A stretch of DNA of 64,000 nt from TPA_inf: Saccharomyces (taxonomy: Eukaryota): assembly GCA_000146045.2 (NCBI GenBank), contig BK006947.3, positions 96,001-160,000 of the forward strand. Reading direction: 5' to 3'. Shown here one piece after another: positions 33,522 to 44,877 of this stretch. Both the position numbers and the translations under genes were made by a program. The notes beneath the pieces are model-generated. The model did no database searches. It saw only the letters and a program-made list of their open reading frames with translations, and was not told the DNA's origin. Position 1 is the stretch's first letter. Every line of letters begins with the position of its first letter.

Positions 33522-36500
33522 TTATTTGAAACTTAGCCTGTTACCTGTGCTAGCCTCACCTATGGATCTTTCCTTGCGGGCCCTCAATTTTTCTAGATGT
33601 TCATCGAGTATGGAATTTTGCTTTACTGGTGTGTCAGAGCCTCTTAGCTCCTTTAATAACATTCTAGCTCTGTCACTAATTTCCTCTTGATCTTCCAGCG
33701 CAGATGTCTTGGATGGCGATGGTAAATCTTCAGAGGTATTCATAACACCCCTTGTGGCAAGCGGAGTGGGTGATTCAGCGTGAATCACTGTATCGGCAGT
33801 AGGGTCCATAGCTTCTGGAGAATAAAGAATAGACCCTTCTTCAGTATCCAAATCGTTGAGTAATTGTGGAGCGTTGTCTTTTTCAGAAAGATATTTTTTC
33901 CTCACTAGGGCTCTCTTTCTGGCGGAAGATGGGTCACTTTTAGCAGGACCTGCATTTTTCAACTGTTCTAATAGTTTATCCATAACAGCGCGCCTATCTT
34001 CTGCTTCATCCTCTTCATTTCCTTCAGATGAAGGCGAATTGCTGTTCTCTTTTTGTTTTTCCTTTTCTTGTGCCCTTTTTTGCTGTTCTTCCACTATTTT
34101 CTTATGCTTTATATAAAGTCTTTCTTCTTCTTCCGCGGCTAGATTTTGCGCTTGAGCTTTTTTGTATTCATTTATAAAATCTGCAAATTTCTTAAAGAAT
34201 GAGATTTTTGCAAACTTATCACCAGAATCTTCACCGTACGTATGCATCAGACTTTCAAATTCCATGATAGTCAGCTTAACTTCGTCTTCTAACAAGTCCC
34301 CCTTTTTTCTGGCTTCCGGTAACACGGGCAATGTTTTTATCAAAACTTTATCTAATGGATGAAACTTTGAGGAATCGCTTAAATTACCAATTTCAACTGA
34401 ACGCTCTACGTTTACAATCGATTGGCTAAAGTCCTTACAGTCGTTAACTAACTGCTCAATGGAAACTTTCACGACATCCAATACAGGTTCTAATTCACTT
34501 AGAAAGTCATTGAAGCTTGGATAATTTAACCTGACAATTTTTTCGACGTAATTTAGAAAGGTCATGCTATTGGTAGTATCCTTGATAAACGTCAACCTCT
34601 GCAAGGTTGAAAGTTTGAAACCTTGTGCCTGCTTAGAAGTGTCGTTCATGAAATTACCAACTGCTAAGATAACATTAAAGACATTGCGCAAGTTATCTGA
34701 TTCTTGAAGCGCGCTAACAGCTTTGTCGACTTTTCTTAACTTTGCCAATAACTCATTATATTCTCTTTCATACGAAGTAACCACTGTGAGAGCTCTCATA
34801 CGTGAACCCCAGTATGATTCTAGATTAACCATCAATTGCAAATAAATTTGGTCAGCCCTCTGTAAATCGTTTGGATCTTTTTCAGGGGGCTTGGCATCTT
34901 CGAGATTCCTCACGCCCTCCCAGTCTGTCGAATACGGGGCGTAATTCCTAGCTAAATTAACAGAAACTTCAATTATTTCAGATTTTGACAAAAACTCAAC
35001 AACACTCGGTGTTTGCAAAAAATCCCTATCGCAGTTTAGAATCTTTTTCACCAGATCGGCAACCGAAAGTGATGAATACATATGCAAATTGATACCAAAC
35101 TGTTGAGAAATATCCCTGGATAAAAATGTAATTTTCTGCAGATCTTCCTTGCGCTTGCTTGCTAATGATTTAATTTCCCTAGCGGCAAAGGCCTTTTCTA
35201 AATCAGCAAGAACACCCTTTTCGTATAAGTCATCTGCGAACTTCTCAGCTTTACCTGTACCCCAAATAGAATTATCAGTACAATCTAATTTTTCCCAATG
35301 CAGTTGCTTTAATTTCTTGTGTGGACGAGGATACTTTTCAAATAATGAGGGCGATTGAGGAAGTAATGGTGATGTTACAGCTGATTTGATTTGCGATGCC
35401 GGCATCATAGGTGGAGCTGGCGGAATGACGCCATCAGTAGATGAAGATAATACAGATGGTAGCGGCGGCGGTGGTGGTGTTTCTCCCTTGGGTTTGCCGA
35501 ACAATGCCATGGGTGGAGGAGGAGGTGGTGGTGGTGGAGGGGGAGGAGCAGGAGAATCCCCAGTAGTTTCTTGCTTGACAGTGTCGTCTTCCGACTTTTT
35601 CTCTTTCTCCAACGATTCACCGAACAATTTGGCGGGAACTGGAGGAGGAGGAGGAGGAGGCGGTGGCGGCTGTGAGGAGAGTACAGATGATTGAGTAGAG
35701 AGATCTTCTGCGCCATCTGTATTATTCAGTTTACTCACAGCGCTGAAATCCGCTGTTTTATCTTCTTCATGATTTACCACACGCCCTTGCTTTCCGTTTT
35801 CCACATGTTGTCTCATGTCTTTCTCAGCTTTGTCAAAGGCGGAAGCTGCACTTGCCGTGCTGTTTTCCGGTAAAGATTTTTTATCTAGACCTTCATCTTC
35901 ATTTTGTTCATATGGTTCAACTTTATTTACCTTCTGTGTTAACTCCTCTAAATATGGAGCAGAAGACACGGTGGATTTTCTGAGTCTGTTCATAAAGGTC
36001 TTTTCAACTTTACTATGTAGAGGTCCAATACCCGAACCGTTATTGTTCTCTCCAAAAGCAGCCGATGCAGTAACATTTTGACCAGTACCATATTTTTGAG
36101 ATAAGGCATCGAGAAAAGACCCAGGACCTGATCCTGAAGATAGCTCTGAGTGTTCGCTCCTTAGTTCTTGAGTTGGAGATGCGTCTTGGTATATTTCCTC
36201 ACTTTCATCATCAGAACTTGAAGAGGAAAGATCGCTTTCCCCATCTTCTTCTACTTGTATTTCGTGTTCGGTTTGAGTCTGAATATCTAACAACTGGTCC
36301 GTTATTCTATTAATCTCGTCTAACTTTTTCTGATATGTCTTAGGGTCAAGACTGGCATAGTTAGCGTCTTCTTCCGTTTCCACGTCCCCAGTATTTTTCT
36401 TTGGACTGTCCATAATCTCGTCGACATTAAAGTCAATACCAAATCCTTTGTATTTTGTTTCTAGTTCTTTCAGTCTCTTTAAAGCCAGAGATTTCTTTTC

Positions 36501-39383
36501 ATTAAATAGCTCATTAACACGTTCTTCGACGTTAAATTTGGAAATATCATTACTTTCCATTTGGATTTCAGCCAAAGCCCGCCTTAGGTCATTTAGTTTA
36601 TTTACGTCCGCCTCTTGAGGCTTGACTAAAGGTTTCCTATCCTTATTTTTCATCTTCTTCACTTTGGGCTTCTTAATATGTATTGGAGGTTCAAGACGAT
36701 CTTTCTCAAATTCAGCAAAATTTGTCATCTCTAGTTGCCTGGCTTCATTTTCAATATTTTCCATTTGCATTCTTAACATTTTTAATCTCTTATTAGGTTG
36801 AAGTGTCATGCCGAATTTTTTTGAATCATCCTTGTAATCCTTTTTTGCTCTTGATAATCCGTCCTGTAACACCTTTTGGATATTCGCTTTCTCTGAAGAA
36901 TTTAGGCTCGAGTTCATACCTCTGGTGCCTTCATTCTTATTGAAGCTTTCTTCAGGCCTCGAATTCAATATAGTCAACATTTTTCTCAATTCTACCTCTT
37001 GCTGATGCTTTTCCAAAAGATGCTTCTTTTTCAACTCTTCTAACTCAGCTTCCAGCTGCTGCATAACTCTCTGATTCTTAGCTAAAATACGATCTCTCTC
37101 ATGCAACTCATCTTCTAACTGTCCAACGAGTCCGTGCTCCGCCTTGCTTAACTTTTCACTTAAAGAATCCCTTTCTGCCTGAATTTCTTCCAATTTCTTC
37201 GTTAGAGCTCTACTTTCTAATATAGCTCGACGTGCAACTTCATCAGTCTGCATGGCATCGTAAAGCCGCTGGATAGCCATATTCATATTAGTTTCTTCAT
37301 CAGAAGTTGAGGCAACACTAACATTAGTCACCAAAGAATCCATAAGTTTCAATTGCTTAGTAAGTTTAGAGGAATTTTGGTTTTCTTCTATTAACTTTGA
37401 ACTAGAAAGGAAAAGATGTTGAACTAAAGATACTAAAAGCTTTTCATTCTCGGTACCTTTACATATATCCCAAAGGTTTTTTAATAATGATAGTGGATCG
37501 TGTAAATCTACATTAAAAGCCTTATTGTTGGCCTCTAATTTAACGTTAAAATCGTCAAGTTTATTATTGTCATATAACTCAATTTGGTCAATTACCTTGT
37601 CGTAATCTAGCAGTTTTATTTTGTTCATAATTCGTAAAATTCCACAATTTTCTAGTTTCGTCCTTAATAGCATTCTTTGATTTATGTTATCAGAGCAAGA
37701 GCATAAATGATTGATAAAAACCATTGTCCATTGGCAGTATTCTAGAATCGCATTTTCACCCCCACCATTTTTAAATTCATCCGACGCGCCTACTAAGGAA
37801 CCCATTTTTCCTCTTCCATCTAAAGTTTGTTCAACGGCAAATAACCAGGCTTGAATAATTTTCAAATGACTTTCCAAGGTTAAATGAGAGAAATACTGGG
37901 GCATTTTTTTGAAGTTTTGAATCATATGAAGATTTTGCCCTATCCTAAACTTTTTATCTAGTGAGGTAAGAACTGCTTCGAATCTGCTTTTATTTTTTTT
38001 TTCTAGCATACAAACAAAAATTTCAGTGGCCATTTTCCTTGTGGCCAGTTTCGTAGAGAATAAACCTTCTGCAACAGTATCAGTCATTAACCTATGTGTA
38101 CTGAACTCATACAAACCTTGTGAGAGCATTGATAAGACTCTGAAGCATTTAAAAAATGAATTTTCTTTCTCTAATAATTCTTTAGTCAAGTTTTCTCGGG
38201 GTGCAGTCTTATAAATAGAGTTCATTAGTACATTAGCCATAGCAATGTGACCCTGATGGTCTATAAAAGCGTCTACCCAGTCTAACTGTTCAGTTCTTAA
38301 AGTTACCCATAAATCTTTCATCTCATCGCTAGTAAGTTTGTCTGCCAGGATTCGTTGCACATAATGTATCGGTGGTCTGTTTGTTCTGTCTCCTGGAAGA
38401 GTAGATGCACTCGTATTGTTCTCAGCCCCACCTCTATAAATATTGTTTAGAGATGGCTGCTTTTTCAAACTCCCGCTCACTAATTTTTTCCCCTTCGAGG
38501 TTGACGTACCTACCGATGAAAGAGTAGTAGAATGATTTAAACTGTTGCTGTATACAGTTGAGGTGGGAGAAGAGGCGCTTGTCATCAAAACAGATTTGGG
38601 AGACGAAAGAGATGAATTAGCCGTAAGGATAGGATGATGGTCCGACGCCATCGAAGTTCTGGAGGCAGTGGAAGAAGATGTAGTGTTTGCTCGCATTTTT
38701 TTTAGCTCATTTTGTAAATCCTGCTTAACAATCAGCCATTTCTTCTCAATGCTGTAGCCCATCAGAGCTTCTTGTTTGTCCTCTGATAAAGACTGAAAAA
38801 TATTTCTTTTATACATAATATCTTCAAACAAAACTTCCACCTCGTATGGGTCCGACGGCATTTCTAAATAAATTTTACCATCGGGTGTAGTGAATTTGCT
38901 CAAGTTAGTTAGCGAACCTTGAGAGAGAAGACTTGATGCGGAGTGACTTTGCCCGGTATGCTGCCTTGTTAGCTTATTGGACGCCTGTGAAGAATTCCTC
39001 TTGGAATACGAATATTTCGATTGCATTGAATGCGACCTTGCGTGCTGTGAGGATACGGGAACATCTCCACTTAATTTACCATTCATATATTGAGACAAGT
39101 TTTGTGTGTTTAATGTCGATTTTTTATTCAACGGCCTCGCCTCAGTAGATGTAGACCTAGAAGGTGCATTCAGTTTTCTAAAAGATGACGAAGATGCAGG
39201 TGAAGTGGACACTTCGTTTCCCACTGGAGAGTGCTGTTGTTGGGATGCATAGGTCGGAGAACCCGTATTGCTATTCGTTGCATTTGAGTTAGCCAAACGC
39301 TTCAAATTTTGGAATATACCAGAACTCGAATTCGAATGACTTTCCTTTGAGTTCGAATGTTTGGAGCCTGAATTCTTCAACAT
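33522..39383 (-). CDS. BNI1: Formin (1953 aa): GBD/FH3, coiled coil, FH1 polyproline tracts, FH2, DAD
   Basis: Two poly-Pro runs (PPPPPPPPPP and PPPPPPPPPPPP) form the FH1 region at about 35400-35700 on this strand. The FH2 consensus region follows. Length matches Bni1. Confidence 0.9.
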   Translation of the reverse strand: MLKNSGSKHSNSKESHSNSSSGIFQNLKRLANSNATNSNTGSPTYASQQQHSPVGNEVSTSPASSSSFRKLNAPSRSTSTEARPLNKKSTLNTQNLSQYMNGKLSGDVPVSSQHARSHSMQSKYSYSKRNSSQASNKLTRQHTGQSHSASSLLSQGSLTNLSKFTTPDGKIYLEMPSDPYEVEVLFEDIMYKRNIFQSLSEDKQEALMGYSIEKKWLIVKQDLQNELKKMRANTTSSSTASRTSMASDHHPILTANSSLSSPKSVLMTSASSPTSTVYSNSLNHSTTLSSVGTSTSKGKKLVSGSLKKQPSLNNIYRGGAENNTSASTLPGDRTNRPPIHYVQRILADKLTSDEMKDLWVTLRTEQLDWVDAFIDHQGHIAMANVLMNSIYKTAPRENLTKELLEKENSFFKCFRVLSMLSQGLYEFSTHRLMTDTVAEGLFSTKLATRKMATEIFVCMLEKKNKSRFEAVLTSLDKKFRIGQNLHMIQNFKKMPQYFSHLTLESHLKIIQAWLFAVEQTLDGRGKMGSLVGASDEFKNGGGENAILEYCQWTMVFINHLCSCSDNINQRMLLRTKLENCGILRIMNKIKLLDYDKVIDQIELYDNNKLDDFNVKLEANNKAFNVDLHDPLSLLKNLWDICKGTENEKLLVSLVQHLFLSSSKLIEENQNSSKLTKQLKLMDSLVTNVSVASTSDEETNMNMAIQRLYDAMQTDEVARRAILESRALTKKLEEIQAERDSLSEKLSKAEHGLVGQLEDELHERDRILAKNQRVMQQLEAELEELKKKHLLEKHQQEVELRKMLTILNSRPEESFNKNEGTRGMNSSLNSSEKANIQKVLQDGLSRAKKDYKDDSKKFGMTLQPNKRLKMLRMQMENIENEARQLEMTNFAEFEKDRLEPPIHIKKPKVKKMKNKDRKPLVKPQEADVNKLNDLRRALAEIQMESNDISKFNVEERVNELFNEKKSLALKRLKELETKYKGFGIDFNVDEIMDSPKKNTGDVETEEDANYASLDPKTYQKKLDEINRITDQLLDIQTQTEHEIQVEEDGESDLSSSSSDDESEEIYQDASPTQELRSEHSELSSGSGPGSFLDALSQKYGTGQNVTASAAFGENNNGSGIGPLHSKVEKTFMNRLRKSTVSSAPYLEELTQKVNKVEPYEQNEDEGLDKKSLPENSTASAASAFDKAEKDMRQHVENGKQGRVVNHEEDKTADFSAVSKLNNTDGAEDLSTQSSVLSSQPPPPPPPPPPVPAKLFGESLEKEKKSEDDTVKQETTGDSPAPPPPPPPPPPPPMALFGKPKGETPPPPPLPSVLSSSTDGVIPPAPPMMPASQIKSAVTSPLLPQSPSLFEKYPRPHKKLKQLHWEKLDCTDNSIWGTGKAEKFADDLYEKGVLADLEKAFAAREIKSLASKRKEDLQKITFLSRDISQQFGINLHMYSSLSVADLVKKILNCDRDFLQTPSVVEFLSKSEIIEVSVNLARNYAPYSTDWEGVRNLEDAKPPEKDPNDLQRADQIYLQLMVNLESYWGSRMRALTVVTSYEREYNELLAKLRKVDKAVSALQESDNLRNVFNVILAVGNFMNDTSKQAQGFKLSTLQRLTFIKDTTNSMTFLNYVEKIVRLNYPSFNDFLSELEPVLDVVKVSIEQLVNDCKDFSQSIVNVERSVEIGNLSDSSKFHPLDKVLIKTLPVLPEARKKGDLLEDEVKLTIMEFESLMHTYGEDSGDKFAKISFFKKFADFINEYKKAQAQNLAAEEEERLYIKHKKIVEEQQKRAQEKEKQKENSNSPSSEGNEEDEAEDRRAVMDKLLEQLKNAGPAKSDPSSARKRALVRKKYLSEKDNAPQLLNDLDTEEGSILYSPEAMDPTADTVIHAESPTPLATRGVMNTSEDLPSPSKTSALEDQEEISDRARMLLKELRGSDTPVKQNSILDEHLEKLRARKERSIGEASTGNRLSFK

Positions 39384-39868
39384 TTCCTTTCCTTCTCTTC
39401 CTTTCTTGCTTCTCGTTTGTTGAAAAGGTTCAGGTGCCTTCTTTATGTGGCGTGTATTTAGAATTTAACTAGGCTTGAGTTAAAATGTTTCTCCTCAATA
39501 CAGAAGATAGATACAAATGGCAAAAAAAAAAGTAAAAAATGGCCCAACTGTATGAGACGTATAAAAAACGTGAAGGGTGAAGAAAAGAATGCCACTGTCC
39601 AATTTTATGCTTAATACGAAAATAATTAACACACAGCCGTCAGTGTCCTCTTATCTGTAGGAAGGGTCCGTGCTATTGTTCTTAAAAGGGATTCTAGTTT
39701 TCCACATCTGTTTTTTCTTTCTTTCCCTCTTCCACGTCAAAAACTTCCTCTAACCGATGTCGGGTAAGCCATGGAAATTACGGGCGATGACTTTCGGCGG
39801 CTAACAACGAAACAACTAGGGAGTAATCATATAATCACAGGAAAAGAGTTGAGCAAGGATTTGGCAAA

Positions 39869-39875
39869 TATACAT

Positions 39876-39907
<32 letters not shown>

Positions 39908-39918
39908 GTGTGTGTGTG
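39869..39918. repeat. Compound microsatellite (CATA)n-(TA)n-(TG)n
   Basis: catacatacatacatacatacatatatatgtgtgtgtgtg lies in the BNI1 5' region / ALP1 3' flank. Confidence 0.9.
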
Positions 39919-39939
39919 GTATGGAGTATTATTCTAAAA

Positions 39940-41661
39940 TTATGAAAGGACATCCCAAACTCGTTGCCACCTTGTTTTACATTCTGGCTCTATCCATACC
40001 AACTCCTCTATTTGCCGGCGGTCAGAATCGATATCGATATCCTGCAGCTTCCAGAGTAAGCGGCACTTAAACCAAACTTGGAATGATAACCATATGGCCA
40101 AAAATAGGAATATTGATATATATGCAGCGACAAAGTCTATAGGCTGAAAAGTAGGTGCGAAAGCGGTGAAGCCCTGGATCAGAACAATTAGAGCGATGAA
40201 AAAAGATGCATAATATGCCAAAAAAGGCATCATTTGAGCTTTATAAGGTAAGTCATCCCTCGATATACCACGTTTCCTTATGGCTTGCATGAAACGGATA
40301 TGAGAAAATGAAATCAAAAGCCAGGCAAAGAAACCGGCCACACCAGTTATGTTCAATAACCAGTTAAAGGCCTTGCCGCTGCCTGCAGAAACCTCTAAGA
40401 AAGCCAAAAATCCGAACACGGATGTAGATAGAACAGAAAAGTATGGAACACCACCTCTGGTCACGTTAGACAAGAACCTTGGCGCCAAGCTATTTTTAGA
40501 CAGACTATACAGTACTCTTGAGCCAATGTACACATTAGAGTTACCTGCGGAAAGAATGGTGATTAGCACGACCGCGTTAAATATATCTGGGAGAACTTTT
40601 GTGCCTGAATTCTCAATGCTTATCATAAAGGGCGATGAAGAGACAAATATACCGTCACTATCCAACTTTGGGTCATTATATGGGACCAAAAGGCCAATGA
40701 AAAATAGTGAAAGAATGTAAAAGACTAGAATCCTCACTACAACTTTCTTTATTGCCCTCGGGAGAGCTTTTCTTGGGTTAGCCGCTTCACCAGCGGTTAT
40801 CCCAACCAGTTCAGTACCTTGGTACGTAAATGCAGCATTAATCAAAGAGGAAACCCATCCGAGAAAACGGCCCTCATTTTTATCACTGGAGATAATGCCA
40901 GGCCCCCAGGCTCCTGGATTTCTCCAGTACCTGAAACCGATGGGTCCATCAGATTGTCCCGCACCACACACAACACAGAATGAGAAAATGATAAAACCGA
41001 GCAACGCGATGACCTTTATGGAGGCAATACAAAACTCAAATTCTCCGTAATACTTTACGGGAAACATGTTCATTGAAGTTAACAGGCACCAAAAGATCAC
41101 GATCCAAGCCGCTAGAGGCACTGCTTCTGTCCAGTACTGAATAACTTTCCCCAAAACGGATAGTTCCAGTGCGAAGGTGAAACACCACGACAGCCAGTAC
41201 ATATATCCGTTAGTCGCTCCCAGCGCTGGCGACAGAAATCTTTGGGCGAAGACAGAAAATGAAGATGTAACCGGGATAAAAGTGACCATCTCTCCTAACG
41301 ATTGTGTAACGGAGTAAATCACTGTCCCCATAAATAAATACGATATCAAGGCACCAACAGGGCCGGCGTGTGCCAATGGCGGACCAATACCAATTATGAG
41401 GCCCGTCCCAATGGTGCCGCCGAGAGCAATCATCCCTATATGCCGCTGCTTTAACTTCCGCTTCACCTCTCTTCTTTCTTGTGGTGAGCTCTCTGTTTCC
41501 TTAGCAGCATCATCCTCGACTTTTCTCTCTGTGGTGATGGCCTTCGTAACGTTCTCCCCAGAATATTGTTCATCTACAAACTCCTCCTCTTTTATTATAG
41601 AGCTAGAATTGATTTCATACTGACCTTCCTTGGACATTTGTATGTTCACAGTTTCATCCAT
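39940..41661 (-). CDS. ALP1: Basic amino-acid (arginine) permease of the APC/YAT family (573 aa)
   Basis: About 12 transmembrane segments and the YAT-family motifs [22 protein letters not shown] and FxGWxxW. It is a paralogue of the adjacent LYP1. Confidence 0.85.
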   Translation of the reverse strand: MDETVNIQMSKEGQYEINSSSIIKEEEFVDEQYSGENVTKAITTERKVEDDAAKETESSPQERREVKRKLKQRHIGMIALGGTIGTGLIIGIGPPLAHAGPVGALISYLFMGTVIYSVTQSLGEMVTFIPVTSSFSVFAQRFLSPALGATNGYMYWLSWCFTFALELSVLGKVIQYWTEAVPLAAWIVIFWCLLTSMNMFPVKYYGEFEFCIASIKVIALLGFIIFSFCVVCGAGQSDGPIGFRYWRNPGAWGPGIISSDKNEGRFLGWVSSLINAAFTYQGTELVGITAGEAANPRKALPRAIKKVVVRILVFYILSLFFIGLLVPYNDPKLDSDGIFVSSSPFMISIENSGTKVLPDIFNAVVLITILSAGNSNVYIGSRVLYSLSKNSLAPRFLSNVTRGGVPYFSVLSTSVFGFLAFLEVSAGSGKAFNWLLNITGVAGFFAWLLISFSHIRFMQAIRKRGISRDDLPYKAQMMPFLAYYASFFIALIVLIQGFTAFAPTFQPIDFVAAYISIFLFLAIWLSFQVWFKCRLLWKLQDIDIDSDRRQIEELVWIEPECKTRWQRVWDVLS

Positions 41662-41698
41662 GGCAATAATCGCAACACTACAATTTTGCCGCTAATAT

Positions 41699-42094
41699 AT
41701 GTCTATTGTGCTACGGAAGAGTAACAAAAAAAACAAAAACTGCATAACAAGCAAGTTTTATACAATACACATTATAAAAATTTCTACTCCGGTGTTCCGA
41801 GCTCCCATTGCCATTGGAGAAAGCCCTTATGTGGAGTGGAGCTGCCTACAGGTTGTTTTCAGGAAAGACATGGTTACAAAAAAGACGACATTCGCCCAAC
41901 TTATCACTCGCTTGAACCACTTTTTATGCCAAGCCCTTAAACGCCGCGACTCAAAAACATACATACTGTGCCGCACGGCAGTTTTTGGCGCTATGACACC
42001 CTTTTCCCCAAGAAAATCGCATATTAACAACAAATTACCCATGCAACCCAGGAAAAAAAAAATAGTCATTATATACGTAGTGCGCTTTCATTGA
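41699..42094 (+). CDS. BSC4: 131-codon ORF encoding a basic, domain-less protein whose stop is in a leaky readthrough context. Position and length match BSC4 (bypass of stop codon).
   Basis: It sits in the ALP1-LYP1 divergent promoter, 37 bp from the ALP1 ATG. The stop UGA at 42092-42094 is followed by CAA CUA, the stop-CAR-YYA readthrough motif. The same frame stays open for about 106 more codons, to 42415. Confidence 0.6.
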   Translation: MSIVLRKSNKKNKNCITSKFYTIHIIKISTPVFRAPIAIGESPYVEWSCLQVVFRKDMVTKKTTFAQLITRLNHFLCQALKRRDSKTYILCRTAVFGAMTPFSPRKSHINNKLPMQPRKKKIVIIYVVRFH

Positions 42095-42549
42095 CAACTA
42101 CATTTTTGTGCAACTTTTGGTACACCGCTACACGTATTGAAAGCGCAAAAGACTATAGCTCCTCCAGCAGGGAAAACTCACATCGGTGGGCAACAACATA
42201 GAATATGTCAAAGTTGTAAAAACACCCACGAGTGCATACCACTTTTCAACATTACCGGGGAAAAAAAAGTTTGCACCTCGTTCCCAGAAACATACGCAGG
42301 AGTGACTGCGCTAGTGACAGATTGCTCTTTCCGTTGGAAAAAGAAACGACTTTTTTTCGCAAAAGTACCCGAAATCCTCGGAATTTTGCAAATAGTCGAT
42401 GATCACAATTGTTAGGTGACTATTTAACAAGGACGGCGAGGAGAACTGAAAAAAAAGCAACCTATCCGGCCTCCTCTAGTTACACAAACAAGACAAAGAA
42501 ATTGCATTGTCTATAACGATAACAAAAGACATCGTATATATATATATAT

Positions 42550-44385
42550 ATGGGCAGGTTTAGTAACATAATAACGTCCAATAAATGGGACGAGAAACAA
42601 AACAACATTGGCGAACAGAGCATGCAGGAATTACCAGAAGACCAGATAGAACATGAGATGGAAGCAATAGATCCAAGTAATAAGACGACCCCATACTCTA
42701 TTGATGAGAAACAGTACAACACAAAAAAGAAGCATGGGTCATTGCAAGGTGGCGCAATTGCTGATGTAAATTCGATAACTAATTCGTTAACAAGATTGCA
42801 AGTTGTCTCTCATGAAACAGATATTAACGAGGATGAAGAAGAAGCCCACTATGAGGATAAACACGTGAAGAGAGCCTTGAAGCAAAGACACATTGGTATG
42901 ATTGCACTAGGTGGTACAATCGGTACTGGTCTTTTCGTTGGTATCTCCACTCCCTTGAGTAATGCTGGCCCTGTGGGGTCCCTGATTGCTTACATTTTCA
43001 TGGGCACCATTGTCTACTTCGTTACCCAGTCACTTGGTGAGATGGCTACGTTTATCCCCGTGACATCATCTATCACTGTCTTTTCGAAGAGGTTCTTATC
43101 ACCTGCATTCGGTGTTTCTAACGGCTACATGTACTGGTTCAATTGGGCTATTACTTATGCTGTGGAGGTTTCTGTCATTGGCCAAGTTATTGAATACTGG
43201 ACAGATAAAGTTCCATTAGCGGCCTGGATTGCGATATTCTGGGTAATTATTACTTTGATGAATTTTTTCCCTGTCAAAGTTTATGGTGAATTTGAGTTCT
43301 GGGTGGCCTCTGTTAAAGTTTTAGCCATTATGGGTTACTTGATATATGCTTTGATTATTGTCTGCGGTGGATCCCACCAGGGCCCTATCGGTTTCAGGTA
43401 CTGGAGAAATCCAGGAGCCTGGGGGCCAGGCATCATCTCCAGTGATAAAAGTGAAGGCCGTTTTCTCGGATGGGTCTCCTCCTTGATTAATGCTGCATTT
43501 ACGTACCAAGGTACTGAACTGGTTGGGATCACCGCTGGTGAAGCGGCTAACCCAAGAAAGACCGTTCCAAGAGCTATCAATAAAGTCGTCTTTAGAATCG
43601 TACTATTCTATATTATGTCTTTGTTCTTTATTGGTCTACTGGTTCCATACAACGATTCCCGTTTATCTGCTAGTTCTGCTGTTATTGCATCATCACCCTT
43701 CGTTATTTCCATTCAAAACGCTGGTACTTATGCTCTTCCAGATATTTTCAACGCCGTGGTGTTGATTACTGTTGTATCTGCCGCTAATTCGAATGTTTAC
43801 GTTGGTTCCCGTGTTCTTTACTCTTTAGCTAGGACTGGTAACGCACCAAAGCAATTTGGATACGTCACCAGACAGGGTGTTCCATATCTCGGTGTTGTTT
43901 GCACTGCTGCATTGGGTCTTTTGGCATTCCTGGTTGTCAATAACAATGCAAACACTGCATTTAACTGGTTGATCAACATTTCCACTTTGGCTGGGTTATG
44001 CGCCTGGTTATTCATCTCTTTGGCACATATTAGGTTCATGCAAGCTTTAAAGCACCGTGGTATTTCTCGTGATGATCTGCCCTTCAAGGCCAAATTGATG
44101 CCTTATGGTGCCTACTACGCAGCCTTTTTTGTCACCGTCATCATATTCATCCAAGGGTTCCAAGCGTTCTGTCCGTTCAAAGTTTCTGAGTTTTTCACAT
44201 CTTACATCTCCTTGATTCTTTTAGCCGTTGTGTTCATTGGTTGCCAGATATACTACAAATGCAGATTTATTTGGAAGCTAGAAGATATTGACATCGATTC
44301 CGACAGAAGAGAAATCGAAGCAATTATTTGGGAAGACGACGAGCCTAAGAATTTATGGGAGAAATTCTGGGCTGCTGTTGCATAG
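42550..44385 (+). CDS. LYP1: Lysine permease, APC/YAT family (611 aa)
   Basis: Strong paralogy to ALP1 across the window, including the shared [18 protein letters not shown] block. Length matches Lyp1. Confidence 0.9.
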   Translation: MGRFSNIITSNKWDEKQNNIGEQSMQELPEDQIEHEMEAIDPSNKTTPYSIDEKQYNTKKKHGSLQGGAIADVNSITNSLTRLQVVSHETDINEDEEEAHYEDKHVKRALKQRHIGMIALGGTIGTGLFVGISTPLSNAGPVGSLIAYIFMGTIVYFVTQSLGEMATFIPVTSSITVFSKRFLSPAFGVSNGYMYWFNWAITYAVEVSVIGQVIEYWTDKVPLAAWIAIFWVIITLMNFFPVKVYGEFEFWVASVKVLAIMGYLIYALIIVCGGSHQGPIGFRYWRNPGAWGPGIISSDKSEGRFLGWVSSLINAAFTYQGTELVGITAGEAANPRKTVPRAINKVVFRIVLFYIMSLFFIGLLVPYNDSRLSASSAVIASSPFVISIQNAGTYALPDIFNAVVLITVVSAANSNVYVGSRVLYSLARTGNAPKQFGYVTRQGVPYLGVVCTAALGLLAFLVVNNNANTAFNWLINISTLAGLCAWLFISLAHIRFMQALKHRGISRDDLPFKAKLMPYGAYYAAFFVTVIIFIQGFQAFCPFKVSEFFTSYISLILLAVVFIGCQIYYKCRFIWKLEDIDIDSDRREIEAIIWEDDEPKNLWEKFWAAVA

Positions 44386-44877
44386 TCACAGAACCTCTTG
44401 CATGCCTTCAAAATAGAAAAAAATAAAAAAATAGACGTTTCATTAATCAAAATAGCCTGTAGAGATTTTGAGGGATTGCCCCAAACTTTATGTATAATAT
44501 CACCACTTATTATTCACTATTCATAGTATGTTACATCATAAGGCCATTGTCACCTTCGGCCAGCGATAGTACTCAAATCTATAATAAATTTTCCATATTA
44601 TCCTTTACGTACTTGATAGCGTGTATAACAGGGTCATTATTCACGATATGTTCAACTGTTGTCATTTTCGTGTTATTGCACTGAAACAAAAGAACCCTAC
44701 CAAAAAATTCGTTAGAGAAAAACTAAAAGTACAAGATCTTATACTGAAGACCCTTCATTTTTTAGGCCCAACTTCTATATTAAGAAGATCCCTGGACCCT
44801 GCTAGAAATTTTCAATTAGCTTATCATTTTTCTTCATTGCGAGCGTTCGTTTTCATTAAGCATTCGTTCTCTTCACT

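Noticed and set aside
35386-35716. 102-aa poly-Gly ORF and 103-aa poly-His/Leu ORF
   Set aside because: Antisense or alternative frame of the BNI1 FH1 polyproline codons.
40349-40720. 123-aa plus-strand ORF, plus 41396-41623, 43321-43580, 43490-43765 and 43818-44093
   Set aside because: Antisense or alternative frames within the ALP1 and LYP1 permease genes.
42137-42415. 92-aa ORF reported with a TTG start
   Set aside because: Not an independent gene. It is in the same frame as BSC4 and represents the putative readthrough extension; the ORF caller treats TTG as Met. It is kept as part of the BSC4 finding.
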